From Azolla caroliniana (lineage: Eukaryota > Plantae > Polypodiophyta), in contig JBHGNT010000006.1 in NCBI GenBank assembly GCA_043228905.1, positions 8,990,001 to 9,054,000 of the forward strand: DNA of 64,000 nt, read 5' to 3'. Shown piece by piece: positions 1-12,871 of the stretch. A model generated the notes under the pieces. It was not told where the DNA came from, searched no databases, and saw nothing but the letters and a program-made list of their open reading frames with translations. The first letter of the stretch is position 1. Each line of letters opens with the position of its first letter. A program made the position numbers and the translations under genes.

Positions 1-659
1 AAAAGAGCTACCAAAGTCACCAACTTTTTACGATGAGGTTGGGCTCCTTTCACATTAAGGTAGCCATTTGACAACAAGATTTTTCGTGAGATTTACTCTA
101 TCCCCCCTTTTTATAGTGTCTTTGTGATTTTAATTTACAATAATAGTGTTGGTGTCTTCGTGGATCTTTGTCCCTAATGGCTGATGTTTAACAATGCCAA
201 GATTCAAACCTTTTACCTTTCCACACACAATCAATAACCTTAACTATTTGACGATTAACTTATTTTATTTTATATTTCTTTTGCATATTTACATATATAC
301 ATTCTTTTATGTAGTTATCCCTTTTTCTTCCTTTTTTACCCTTGGACTGGCCACGCCACGACAAGGTGCTTATTTAAGAAAAGCATGACAATCCGTGTGA
401 ACTATCTAGCTACACAAAGAACTAGATTGAGACATCTACATTGTCAAGGGTAAATGTGGTCAAATAATATTAGGTATTCTTATGACAAATTTGTACTCAA
501 GTGGATGTCGATGATTATATTTTGTCGACCACATTTTATGTGGTAGTCCCTTGAGGACTTGTATATAAAGCTCACTTGGCCCATCATGTCTTCTTGATGA
601 TTTTTAGTTGATCAATATAGTTTTCTCTTCTGCTCATAAGCTTTCATTTCCCTCCTTTG

Positions 660-1158
660 TGTTGTAAATGAGAGACCGGCCACAACCAGGTAGCAAGTCA
701 AATGCAAAGACAAGAAGAATCAAACTAGAACAGAAAATGACACAGACAATGAAACAAGATGTTAACATGGAAAACCCTAAGAGGGAAAAACCACAAGAGG
801 ACACAAACTCCAAGCAATATCACTATGGTAGGAGGAAATACACATAAGACTCTAAGGCAACAACCTTGAGCTACTCTTCGTCTAGCAACGATTACAACTC
901 TCATACACACTAGTTGCAACTACATCATACACATAATGATTTGCCCTAGTTGTATTTATACTAATACAACTTTAGGGCTATTTACAGTCCTGACCCAAAT
1001 AGGCGTAACAAAACCTATTTACAAGTATGGACTTTTCCGGATGCCTATCCAGATCCAATCCGGATCCGGATTCGGTCTCGTTCTTAATCTAATCGGTTCC
1101 TCGGACTTCAATCTGGATCGTGCTCTCCTTCCCATCTGGAGGGACTTGTTTCCTAACA
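660..1158. mobile_element. Solo LTR (499 bp) nested in the family-B LTR
   Basis: TGTTG...TAACA termini; 5-bp TSD CTTTG at 655-659 and 1159-1163; contains GGAAAACCCTAAGAGGGAAAAACCAC, typical of a Copia LTR read in reverse. Confidence 0.8.
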
Positions 1159-1318
1159 CTTTGTACATTTCTTTTCTGGATGCCTATCCAGATCCAATCC
1201 GGATCCGGATTCGGTCTCGTTCTTAATCTAGTCGGTTCCTCGGACTTCAATCTGGATCGTGCTCTCCTTCCCATCTAGAGGGACTTGTTTCCTAACACTT
1301 TGTACATTTCATTTCTGG
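1033..1318 (+). repeat. 139-bp near-identical tandem duplication
   Basis: GGATGCCTATCCAGATCCAATCCGG starts at 1039 and at 1178; TTTC(C/T)GG microhomology at the junctions. Confidence 0.95.
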
Positions 1319-4300
1319 TTGTTGTCGTAAAGGATTTCGGCCATAGGAAGAAAATGGAGCCGAATGCACACGAAAATGGTCTCTATGTACAAATGTGTGT
1401 AAATAGTATAGTGTTAGTTTAAGTGGTGATGAATACTAGGTCGGAGTGATTCGATAGGTACTTTAAGACCACACGGATGGAGAGGAATAAAAGAGATTGA
1501 TGGGAATTAGAATTAGAATTAGCATTAGAATTTTTATCGTCCATAAAGAGGCCAATTTTGACCTATGGGATCAGAGTATACATGTGTTCTTGATGTGTGT
1601 CTCCTTCCTAAGAAGGGGTATTCATACATTGAAGCACAAAGTCTCTATGTGTGAATAAAGCATGCACATATGAGCTCAACCTTCTCGGTGGTGTCTTAAG
1701 TATGGCACTTAAGTTATCACTCCCTCTTAGTATGTCAGCATATCTTGAACGAATTGCACTATATGTCGAGCATGTGAAGAGAAAGTGACATTCATCCTCT
1801 AACATGCCTTCAATGCATACTTTGCATGTCTTCAAATTAGTTACATTTTGATACCATGATGCAACTTCAATGCCTAACTTGTGAGATTTAGTGCGAAGTA
1901 GTGTAAGGGCTCTACGAGCATTACTACTCATATTGGTAATGAGATAAGGTTAGCTATGATCAATAGCCATTCTTGCTTTATATTGAGACCAACATTCATG
2001 GTTGACATTTGCAATGTAGTATTCTAGCTTTGTCCTTTTAGCATCTTCCCACTTCATCCTTAATGATTCCACCAACCTTTCCTCAATCATTACATATTGC
2101 ATAGCATTGCCCAAAAGCTCTAAAAGATAATCCAAACCCCATCTTGTAAACCATTTCCTTATGTCAACAACCCAAATGGATGAGAGAATCTTACTTTTAT
2201 GATTCTTTTGTAGCTTACATCCAACATTCCAAGCAAGATGTGGCAATCGATGATTCAACATATTCTTGACTTTTGTAATGTATTTATATACTCTTTGGAG
2301 TGTCAATAGTTCTATGGGTCGAACACCTATTTTCAAGAGCATGACCTAGTAAGAGGTAGTGCATTTAACTCCTAATTGCCTCCTTAAAAATATCTTTTGA
2401 ATTTTCTCAATCTCATTCTATGCATTAAGAGAGATGGTGCCACCCCATATGTCTACTCCATAAAGCAATACTTCAGTTACCATGGCATTGAACAACATTA
2501 GTTTTACTTCTCATCCACAAGTATCATTTTCGTTGCATTGGTTTTCCAAAAGGTAATACGATTTCCAACCGGCCTGGAGCCTAGAATCAAAACATGCACT
2601 CCATTTATTTGTGGCAGGTACATCAATACTAATATATTTAAAGCTTCAAACAAATTGTATATGTTCACCTCTATATGTGAGCATAGGGTAATGATGAGGT
2701 TGGATGGTTTGCACTACCATCATTTTTGTTTTCTCCACATTCACTACTAGTCCACTACTATGACAAAATTCTTCTAATACCCCAAGTAAATTTTGCATAC
2801 TATCAACATCATATGAGAAGAGTACCACATCATCTGCATATAGAAGCAATAAGATAACATGTTGCATCAATTTAGGGGCATTCAATTCCTCTTCTCTTGC
2901 AACCTTGTTCACCACTTCTTCTAATTTATCAATACATAAGCCAAAGAGTGTGGGTGATAGCGGCCATCCTTGCTTGACCCCCATGTTACTTAAAAAGTGC
3001 TTTGAGAATCCACTATCCATTTTTAGTTGGCATTTAACTTGTTCATATAGGCGTGCAACAACAACTCGATACTCTAATGGCATGTCAATCTCTACCATTC
3101 TATTCCAAAGCTCACTTCTTGGTATGGTATCAAAAGCTTTCTTAAAATAAACAAAACAACAATAAATTGTTTTTCCTTGTAGTCGACTCTCTTCCATGAT
3201 TACTCTCAATGTGACCAAATGATCCACAATGGAGTGTTTTGGTCTAAATCATGCTTGCCCAAGTGCTCTTTGCTTACACTTTCAGCTCATGTGCTTATCT
3301 TTTGCTCCATAATGTGCTATATAATTTAGCAATAGTTGAGCTCACCATTATTGTACGATTCTTATCTCCCACTTTAAATATTGGTTTAATCCAATTCATA
3401 AGCCAATCATTTGGAAATCATTGTTTTATAGTTTGTTCTATAATTGTCATTATCCAATGACGAGTATGTGGCATTGTCCATTTTAAAAGCTCACTTGAGA
3501 CATATGTTGCATCTGCTGCTTTCCCACTCGCCATCTTCTTTATTCCCTTATTGACGTCATCAATATCAATACATGTAGTGCATGGTGTTTCAATTTTCTC
3601 AACCATAGGAGCCACACCTTCATGCATATATAGCCTTTGTACATAGTCTAACATCTCTTCATTTGTAAAGTGATCGTTCACAACTTCTTTCTTACCCTTG
3701 AGTTGTCCCCATGCTAATTTTGGTTTGAGCTTAAACAAGTTTTTCTTTTTCATTTCTTGCATTTGGAAATATCTTCTTTTATTTCTCCTCACTACTTTCT
3801 TATATAGGTGCCATGCAACAATCTTTTCATTTCCCCCCTCTGTGGACTTAAACCATTTGAGATACATTTTATAATCATCGTTAAACCAAGAATGACATGG
3901 AAAACTACATGCCTGTTAAAGTATTGATACCCAACCTTAATTATGATATCTTTCAAATGTTGTCAATTTTCTTTAACATTGTTGCTTAGAGAAAAATATA
4001 ACAAATGGTTCTCCACTTCATTTGCATACATCTTAGCTTTTTCGTAGCAAGGTCAGATGGTACATCTCTTTTCATCTTTCACTCCATGGCATCTATTGGT
4101 GAAATGTGGAATTGCAAGCTCTAAGTATAGTGGCTTGTGGTCTGAGTCCGGAGATAGAGAACCAATTTTAAACACATTCACCAATGATAGATCACATGCC
4201 AACATGAATGTGTAATCAACCACACTTCCTCCACTCGAGGATGGTAAACATGTGAGCATATTTGTCAATGGGAATGCCTTTATATACCATTTAGGATAAT

Positions 4301-5948
4301 CAAGTTTGTGCAATTTAACATATGTATCAAAAGTTTTCCATAATCTGACATGCCACAATCCTCTGAGTCACGCAATAGACAATGTTCTACTACATTTTCT
4401 TCAAATGACTCCACATTTTGGAAATTTCCAACTCTTGCGTTGAAGTCTCCCGTGATTAAAACTTTACCAAGCTTCTCAAATGACAGTATATCATGGCATA
4501 ATTCTATAAAAGGATCGTCACAATCTAACCCAAACCTACTATAGTAGTTTGAGTCTTTGTAAGGAATGTAACATGCAACTATATACAACTTCTCTTTCCC
4601 CAAATTAACCTTTATCCATATGTATCTCTTATAGAATTATTTAAGCTCTATCATCATATTTGCATACTTTGATAGAATTATCTAAGCTCTCATGGTAGAT
4701 ACATGCTATCTCGACACACCCAATATTCCCTTTGGAGAGAGGTCATATCGTTTTTATGAGGTAACCGTCTATCTTAGGTATACGTTTTGCCTCATGCTCC
4801 CATGTTTAAGCCAAAAATACAATATCCATACCTTGAGCTACATCATTGAGCCCTAAACCCGGGATGCGCCCTCAGAGGCTGACCTGCGGCCGACGGAAGA
4901 AGCTGAAAACCGCTCTTCTTTTCTTTGGCACTCTGGATCCACCTGCTAAACAAGCGGTGCTCTAGAAACCAATAAATCGCCTACCAAAGATAGACAGGGA
5001 AAGCGTGTTCTGAAAGGATATTCAAGAGCCATGTAAAAACCATCATGGTTATGACGCATATACTCTATAGCAAGGTGGATACTTTCCATTATTCTACCTG
5101 TTGAATTTACAGGATCTATAACCTCCAAAGCAGCAAAGCAACAAGCATTTGGTAAATCAAGTCTTCCAGGTCTATACTAAAACCAATTCATCATATTTCA
5201 AAATGGATTAAAATCACTTATAGAAGGTAATGGACCATCATCATCACCACCACCACTTACTTTTAATCGTGAAGCACTTATAGTCCCATAGGTCGTTGCT
5301 TGCTATGCCTTTTTACTTGCTTTCCTAGATGCATATGCTTGCCTTCTACGTTCTTGCTCTTGTCGAGTTCTATCCTCCTTTACAAAAAAACTTGTCCCTT
5401 TTAAGTACACCTTACTATTACCTAGAATCATTGCCCTTTTACGTTCATCAAGGATTGTACAAACAATAGCTCGAGATGACTTTCCCTCTAGTTGTTTTTT
5501 GCCAACCCTATGTGCGGCGTATACAATAATATTCGCATCACAAAGTGATCTTCAAAGAATTTTGTAATATTTTCTCCAAGAGATAATGCATTACCTGTTT
5601 CATTCTCTTGCATACCTCTAATGACAATATTATTCTTTGTTCTTTCAATTTCATATTGCTCCTTTGCATCTAACACATCCATGGTATTAGAATGTCTTTG
5701 CGTGATTTTCGGTGTTTCTTTCAAGAGAACATCTTTCCAACTTGTCATGATCACATATTCCTTCCCTTCAATTGTAGATTTTATTTCGACATTTGCCTTC
5801 ACTAAAATCTCTTTTTATTCTTCTAGAGTCAACATTTTTCTTTTTATTTCAGGCATCCGATTATCTTGCATTTGAATAGTCATGTCCTTCACGCCAAGCT
5901 TTAATATCTAACTTTTGCATTTCCATTGTATGTTGAAGAGGTAATTCT

Positions 5949-8900
5949 TGTTGAGAAGCAAGCTCAACATGGTATGTGATGCTTATGAGAAATAAGCTAT
6001 AGTAGCTATTTAGCTACTAGTGAACAAAAAGGTAAAACAGCTATTTAGCTAGTGACAGCTAATTAGCTAGTGAACAGCTATTTAGCGACTGACAGCTAAT
6101 TAGCTACTGGCAGCTAATTAGCTGCATGTGTAATAACTTATGACTTAGGTAAAAGTAAGTGAGAGTGAATAGTAAGTAAGTAGTAAGAAAAAACAGAGAA
6201 TAGTGAGTAGAGAACTCTGAGAGAGTGAGAGACCAGAAGACTGACGAGAGCAAGTTGAGCTCTACATGTAATAGAAGAAAACCATTTTGCTACTACAGAG
6301 GTAAGTCCCCTTTCCTTTCTCTGTCTGTTTAGAGCACGCTAACGATCCAGCACACTACGATCCGCCGCGCATACAAAAGAAGAGCCCGAGTGCCTTCTTC
6401 ACGTTTTCTTAACATGGTATCAGAGCAGAGTAGCTCGTAAGGAAGAGTATAGCAGTGCCTTAATCTGAGAAAGTTATTTCTCTGGTTGCTGATCAGAAAT
6501 CAGAAAGTTACTTGTTGAAGTAACTAAAGCAAAACCCTGGTTTTTTGGAAGAAAAAAAATGGCTGCAGAGAATGTAGGTCAAATGGTCACAGAGAAATTA
6601 GATAAAAACAATTTCCCGGCGTGGAAATTCAGAATGACAAACTTTCTGATGGGGAAAGGATACTGGGATTACATTGAAGGAGACCTAGAAGAGGCTCCAG
6701 AGATCCCAGAAGAGAATGCAACAGCTGCACATATTAAGGCATTTAACGATTGGAATCAAGGGGCAAGGAAAGTAATGCATTGGCTATCACTCAGCATCTC
6801 AGATTCAATGCTTGGGCATATACAAGATGCTATGCTCCCAAAAGAAGCTTGGGACAACTTGGTAAAACTGTTTGCTGTGAACACAAAGGCTAGAAAGCTC
6901 CAGTTAAAGACTGAGCTAAATACCTTGGAGAAAGGTAAGATGTCAATAAATGAATATGCCCTAAAAATCAAGAGTATATGTGAATCACTTGCTTCTATCA
7001 ATGTGAAGATAGAAGATGATGACAAAGTGGAAATATGCTTAAGAGGCTTAGGACCTCAATACAAGAGTTTTAAAACTTCTATGCTCACAAGGGATAGTAT
7101 CCCAAGTTTTTCAGATCTGGTCTCAATGCTTGTGGTAGAGGAAAGGAATCAGATGGATGATGCAAATAAAGGAAACTCAGAGAACGAGGGGCAAGCCCTC
7201 TATAATAATGCCGGAAGAGGCCGAGGAAGAGGCCATGGAAGATTTGGCTCAGGAAGAACCAATAATAATGGCTTTCAAGGAAGAGGACAACAAGCTCATA
7301 GAGGAGGAAACAACAACAGAGGCAGGGGGAGCAACCAAGGTAGAGGTAAGCAAACTTATGTAAATGATGATGGCTGCTGGTATTGTGGTAAACCAGGCCA
7401 TACACAGGCTGAATGTTACAAGAAACAAAATGATGAGAAAAGAGGAAAAGGACAACAGAGTAACTATGCCTCTACTAGTGAAGATTGTGAAAAGGAAGGT
7501 GTTTTTTGTAGTGCAACATGAGATAGCAGCAGTGGCTGAAAGCTCACAGAAATGTAATGAAGAGTTTACGTGGTATGTAGACTCGGGGGCATCTAACCAT
7601 ATGACTGGACATGCAAATTGGTTTGAGAGTTTAAGAGAACCAGAGGTTCCTGGTTATGTACAAACAGGTGATGACACAACTCACCAAATAAAACATGTTG
7701 GAGATATCCCATTGTGGGAAGAAAGAGGAAAAACCAAGTATATGTTGAATGTGATGCATGTTCCAAACCTTGCTAAGAATCTGATTTCTGTTGGACAGAT
7801 TGTAGAGCAAGGTATGCAAGTGAAGTTTAAGCAAAGTGGATGCTATATAGAAAAGAATGGAAAGCTCATTGCAAAAGGGAAGAGACAAGGAAGAATGTTT
7901 ATCTTGGATGTAGAAATGCCCAAACAGATTTCAGCCATGTTTGCAAATGGAACGAGTGTAATCTCAGATGTGGAAATGTGGCATAAAAGGATTGGCCATA
8001 TAAGTATGCAAACATTAAAGAATATGTTGAGAAAAGATGCAGTGGCTGGACTGCCAAACTTGAAAAAGTGTGAAATGGGAAAAGTATGTGAAGCATGTCA
8101 ATATGGTAAGCAAAACAGGTTGCCATTCCCTCATGAGAGACATGTAAGCAAAAATCTGTTGGATTTGGTACATACAGATGTATGGGGACCAACAAAGAAT
8201 GCATCTATTGGTGGATGCAGATTTTATGTTACATTTATTGATGATTGTTCACGGAAGACATGGGTGTACTTCATGAAGGAGAAAAGTGAAGTATTTGACT
8301 GCTTTCGTAAGTTTAAATGCATGGTAGAAAAGCAGGCTGGTACAAGGATAAAATGTTTGAGATCTGATGGAGGAGGAGAGTATTTCTCCAATGAATTTTC
8401 TGATTTTTTGTGTAATCAGGGAATAAGAAGACAGTTCACATGCCGATATACTCCACAGCAAAATGGAGTTGCTGAGAGGAAAAACAGAACATTGGTGAAC
8501 ATTGCAAGGGCTTTGATGACAGAGAAGAATATGCCATTGTACTATTGGGCAGAAGCTGTAAATACAGCAAATTATATTCTAAATAGATGTATAACATCGG
8601 GAGTACATGAAGCAACTCCTGAAGAGTGTTTCTATGGAAGGAAACCTAGTCTAGAACACTTAAAAGTGTTTGGATGCCTTGCATATGTACATGTGCCTGC
8701 AGAAGTAAGAAGTAAGTTGGATCCAAAGGCAGAAAAATGTATTTTTGTTGGCTATTCAGAAGAACAAAAAGGGTATAGATGCTATAACCCTGTAACAAAG
8801 AAGATTGTGACAAGTAGGGATGTAATCTTTGATGAGTTAGCCAGCTGGTATAGTCCAAAACAGAATCCAGAGACTGATGAAGACAATGAGATTGAAGACA

Positions 8901-11316
8901 AAGACAAATCTGAAAACATAGAAGACTGCCACAGAGATGGAAGCAAGGTTGGACAGTAAAGTCCAACATCAACAGAATGTTCTGGACCATCAAAAAGCTC
9001 AGATGGTAAATCTGATTCAAATTCTTGGAGTGGAAAAAGTGGAGGACACAAAAAATGTGATGATAAAAAAGGAAAACAGAAAATGCCAGAGTATGAAATG
9101 TTGGATGACTTGTCTAAAAACATGGAAGATGAGGATTCAGATGTGTCATTGGATGATCTTCTTGGTATAAGAGGATTGAAAATCCCTGGTATGGAAAAAG
9201 CATTGAAGGATGCAAATCAGAAACTGAGAAGATCAGATAGAGAGAAAAAGACTGTGGAAAGATTTGGGTATGATACATATATGGCTATGCACTATGCATA
9301 TATGTCTAAGGTGGTACAGATCCCTGACCCAAACAGCTTTGAAGAAGCAAAATCTGAGAAGAAATGGATGGATGCAATGCAAGAAGAGATTGATGCATTG
9401 GCTGAGAACAAAACGTGGGATTTAGTGAAGTTACCAAAAGAGAAAAATGTGGTAGGCTGCAAATGGGTCTACAAGACAAAGCATGACTCCAATGGGAATG
9501 TAAGTAGACATAAAGCAAGATTGGTTGCAAAAGGATATGCTCAGATGCAAGGGATTGATTATGATGAGACTTTTGCACCGGTTGCAAAGATGGCAACCTT
9601 GAGAACACTACTTGCTGTAGGAGCAGCCAGAAAATGGATTTTGCATCACATGGATGTAAAAAATGCTTTTTTACATGGTAACTTGGAAGAAGAAGTGTAT
9701 ATGAGTCAACCACCAGGTTTTGAAGATAAGAAACATCCTGATTATGTATGTAAGCTGAAAAAAGCTCTCTATGGACTGAAACAGGCACCAAGAGCATGGC
9801 ACAGAGAACTTTCAGATTCTCTGAAAAATCTTGGTTTCAAAATGTCAAAAGCTGATCCTTCTTTGTATGTAAAAAGTGAAAATGATTGCATTGTTATTAT
9901 TCTGATTTATGTAGATGATTTGATTATTGGAGGAGATTCCGTGGATGAAATAAGAAAGTTGGAAAAAAATCTGGAAATGCAGTTTCATATGAAAGATTTG
10001 GGAGATCTGAGATATTTTCTTGGTATTGAAATCATCAGATCTGAAAGTGGTATATGTATGTTGCAAAAACAGTATGCAACAACTATGTTGAAAAAGTATG
10101 GTATGCTTGGATGCAAACCTATTGCTGTACCACTTGATAAAAACTGCAAGTTGAGGGCTGATTTGGGAGCCAAGATAGAAGATGTAAACATGTACAGGTC
10201 TATGGTGGGCAGCCTTATTTATTTGACTATAACAAGACCTGATTTGAGCTATGCTGTTGGATTAGTCAGCCAGTTTATGCAACAGCCAACAAAGCCACAT
10301 TTGGACTGCATCAGAAGGATTCTGAGGTATGTAAAAGCAACTCAGAACTTTGGACTATTTTACAGGGCTGATCTAGACATAAATCTGGAAGGATATACAG
10401 ATGCTGATTGGGCTGGAAGCCAAACAAACAGGAGATCCACAAGTGGATACATGTTTACCTTGGGAAGTGCAGGAATTTCATGGAGTAGCAAGAAACAGGC
10501 TACTGTTGCATTGTCCAGTACAGAAGCTGAGTATAGAGCAGCATGGTGTGACAATATGAGCAGCATTCAACTTGCAAAGAACCCAGTGTTCCATGCAAGA
10601 ACAAAGCACATTGAGGTGCATTATCACTTTGTTAGAGAAAAAGTGATGGAAGGTGAAGTTGATCTGGTGTATGTGAATACAAATCAGCAGGTTGCTGATA
10701 TCCTTACGAAGGGATTGAGTGTGGAAAAACATACACAGTTTCGGAACATGATGGGAGTTGTAAACATTGATGAGATGGCTAAAAAAAAGCAAAATGGAAA
10801 AGAAGATTGAAGAGAACCTCAAGCAAGAATAAGTTGAGCTTGAGGGGGAGTGTTGAGAAGCAAGCTCAACATGGTATGTGATGCTTATGAGAAATAAGCT
10901 ATAGTAGCTATTTAGCTACTAGTGAACAAAAAGGTAAAACAACTATTTAGCTAGTGACAGCTAATTAGCTAGTGAACAGCTATTTAGCGACTGACAGCTA
11001 ATTAGCTACTGGCAGCTAATTAGCTGCATGTGTAATAACTTATGACTTAGGTAAAAGTAAGTGAGAGTGAATAGTAAGTAAGTAGTAAGAAAAAACAGAG
11101 AATAGTGAGTAGAGAACTCTGAGAGAGTGAGAGACCAGAAGACTGACGAGAGCAAGTTGAGCTCTACATGTAATAGAAGAAAACCATTTTGCTACTACAG
11201 AGGTAAGTCCCCTTTCCTTTCTCTGTCTGTTTAGAGCACGCTAACGATCCAGCACACTACGATCCGCCGCGCATACAAAAGAAGAGCCCGAGTGCCTTCT
11301 TCACGTTTTCTTAACA
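5949..11316 (+). mobile_element. Full-length young Ty1/Copia LTR retrotransposon (family A)
   Basis: LTRs 5949-6414 and 10851-11316 (466 bp, TG...CA, one mismatch seen); TSD ATTCT at 5944-5948 and 11317-11321; PBS TGGTATCAGAGC 6415-6426; PPT TGAGGGGGAG 10841-10850; domain order gag-PR-IN-RT-RH. Confidence 0.98.
6559..10810 (+). pseudogene. Copia gag-pol polyprotein, disrupted (frameshift ~7502-7507, TAA at 8957, RNase H deletion ~10540)
   Basis: Gag zinc knuckle [14 protein letters not shown]; protease [11 protein letters not shown]; integrase HKRIGH..CEAC, HTDVWGP, RSDGGGEY, NGVAERKNR; [14 protein letters not shown]; RNase [16 protein letters not shown]. Confidence 0.95.
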
Positions 11317-11709
11317 ATTCTCTCTCCTTATAACCATACATTTCGCTTTGCATATGCATCACTGTCTCTTGCAATGAAATATACATAACTGCCATCTTTT
11401 CCATTGACAAAGTATGCATTTGATTGTTTGGGCTTTCAGTCACATCATCATTGACTTTTACTCCTCTTGGCATATTGACTATTAATAAAATGATAGAAGA
11501 TGTAGAATGTACCTTTCAATCGATTTAGGGTTTCAAAATCTACCTTGAGTTTGAGGAACCGTGGGGCAAAGAGGGTTGCGGATGAAAATGCTCATAACTT
11601 CTCACCATGGTAACGGAATTCATCTAATAAACATTCATTAGAAAGCTCTCTGAAATAGCTTTCAAACGAGATATAGAACGCAGAAAAAACGATGGCAAGA
11701 GAGAAACGG

Positions 11710-12805
11710 TGTCGTGAAAATCCGTCACTATGTGCAAATCGTGAGGCGGAACCGCCGGGGTCTTAGACCGGAAGGATTCGAAGTTTGTACTAGCTTTAGC
11801 GAAAAAGTATTTAAGATAGATTGAGAGAGATTGATTTGGCGAGAGATAGATTGAGATGGAGAGAGAGGGAGATTAAGATTGAACCCTTGACTTTACTTTT
11901 GAGAGACAAGATTAATACATCGCCAAATGGGATAACGAATTTTCTTTTTCTTAATTTCTTGATTAATACATAGCCCGTTTTTCTTCTCCATCCACTCTTT
12001 TATAGATGCCCCCATGCATATGATGCATGTGAGGGTGCAAGACATGCATGTAATGCATAAAATGCATGAGATGTATGTTTGCCATTTGGCGCTCATGTAT
12101 TACATGTGTTGCATGATAACCATGTCACTCATTCAAGATCTCATGTATCAGAATTAAATGTGAAAGTATAATGATAAAATATAACTAAAAGAAATGACTC
12201 GGTTTTTTCGTTTCACACAGAAAATCTTCAAGACACCGTGCTTCGCGATCAACCTATCTGACCGACCCGTCTATCTGATCCATCTGGTCTGCATCTGACC
12301 CGGTGATCTGGTCCATCCGGCCTTGGTCTTGGTTCCGTTGTCGTATTCGTCCGATCCCAGTTCCAGTTCCATCGCCATCGTCGTCGTCGTCTGGTCCCGG
12401 TTCCGTCCAAAACACGATTTGAACAACTTGGCTACATCCATTCATCCAAGTTATACAACCCAACCTTTCCGTGCTCCTAGCACATAGATAAAAGAAAAGA
12501 TATGGCTCTAGTTATATAATCTTCAATACTGATGTTGTCCTATCTATGTGGGATATCCCATAGTTTTGTTTTCCTGTTCTTCTTCTCAAACTTCACACTC
12601 ACATACTTGACACTAAGTTGTCTGTTTCACATGTAGGTAAATGCATTCAGAAGCTCTTGAAGACATCCATCTTTTCGTACCAAGATATTAAACTAATATA
12701 AAATAATATCTTCACTATTATTGTTTCATATTGTGTGTGAAGAACCACACTCGATTTTGTACATTCCATGCAATTTTCAAACCGTTGCCGAAAATCTTCA
12801 CGACA
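11710..12805. mobile_element. Solo LTR (1096 bp) inserted in the LINE 5' UTR
   Basis: Termini TGTCGTGAA...TTCACGACA; 4-bp TSD ACGG at 11706-11709 and 12806-12809. Confidence 0.75.
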
Positions 12806-12817
12806 ACGGGCGCATAG

Positions 12818-12820
<3 letters not shown>

Positions 12821-12868
<48 letters not shown>
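12821..12868. repeat. (GA)n microsatellite
   Basis: Pure GA run of about 24 units next to the LINE 5' end. Confidence 0.95.

Positions 12869-12871
<3 letters not shown>

Larger units (their letters stand above)
1505..12817 (-). mobile_element. Decayed near-full-length non-LTR retrotransposon (LINE, RTEX/CR1-like), interrupted by a Copia and a solo LTR
   Basis: ORF1 pieces 11473-11317 (MPRGVK...) and 5948-5400 (EQYEIERTKNNIVIRG). APE endonuclease 4053-4603 (ITGDFNARVG, SVVDY, DSDHKP). RT 2646-3227 (FKKAFDTIPR, GVKQGWPLSPTLF, LLYADD). C-terminal CCHC 1608-1931 (CKVC..EDECHFLFTC). (AATTCT)n tail at ~1505-1535. Many stops and frameshifts. Confidence 0.9.

Noticed and set aside
936-1274. ORFs with IRIRIR / PDPD repeats
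   Set aside because: By-products of the LTR end and the 139-bp duplication.
6756-10822. Antisense ORFs over Copia-A (and over the other TEs and genes)
   Set aside because: Shadow frames of the coding strand with no domains.
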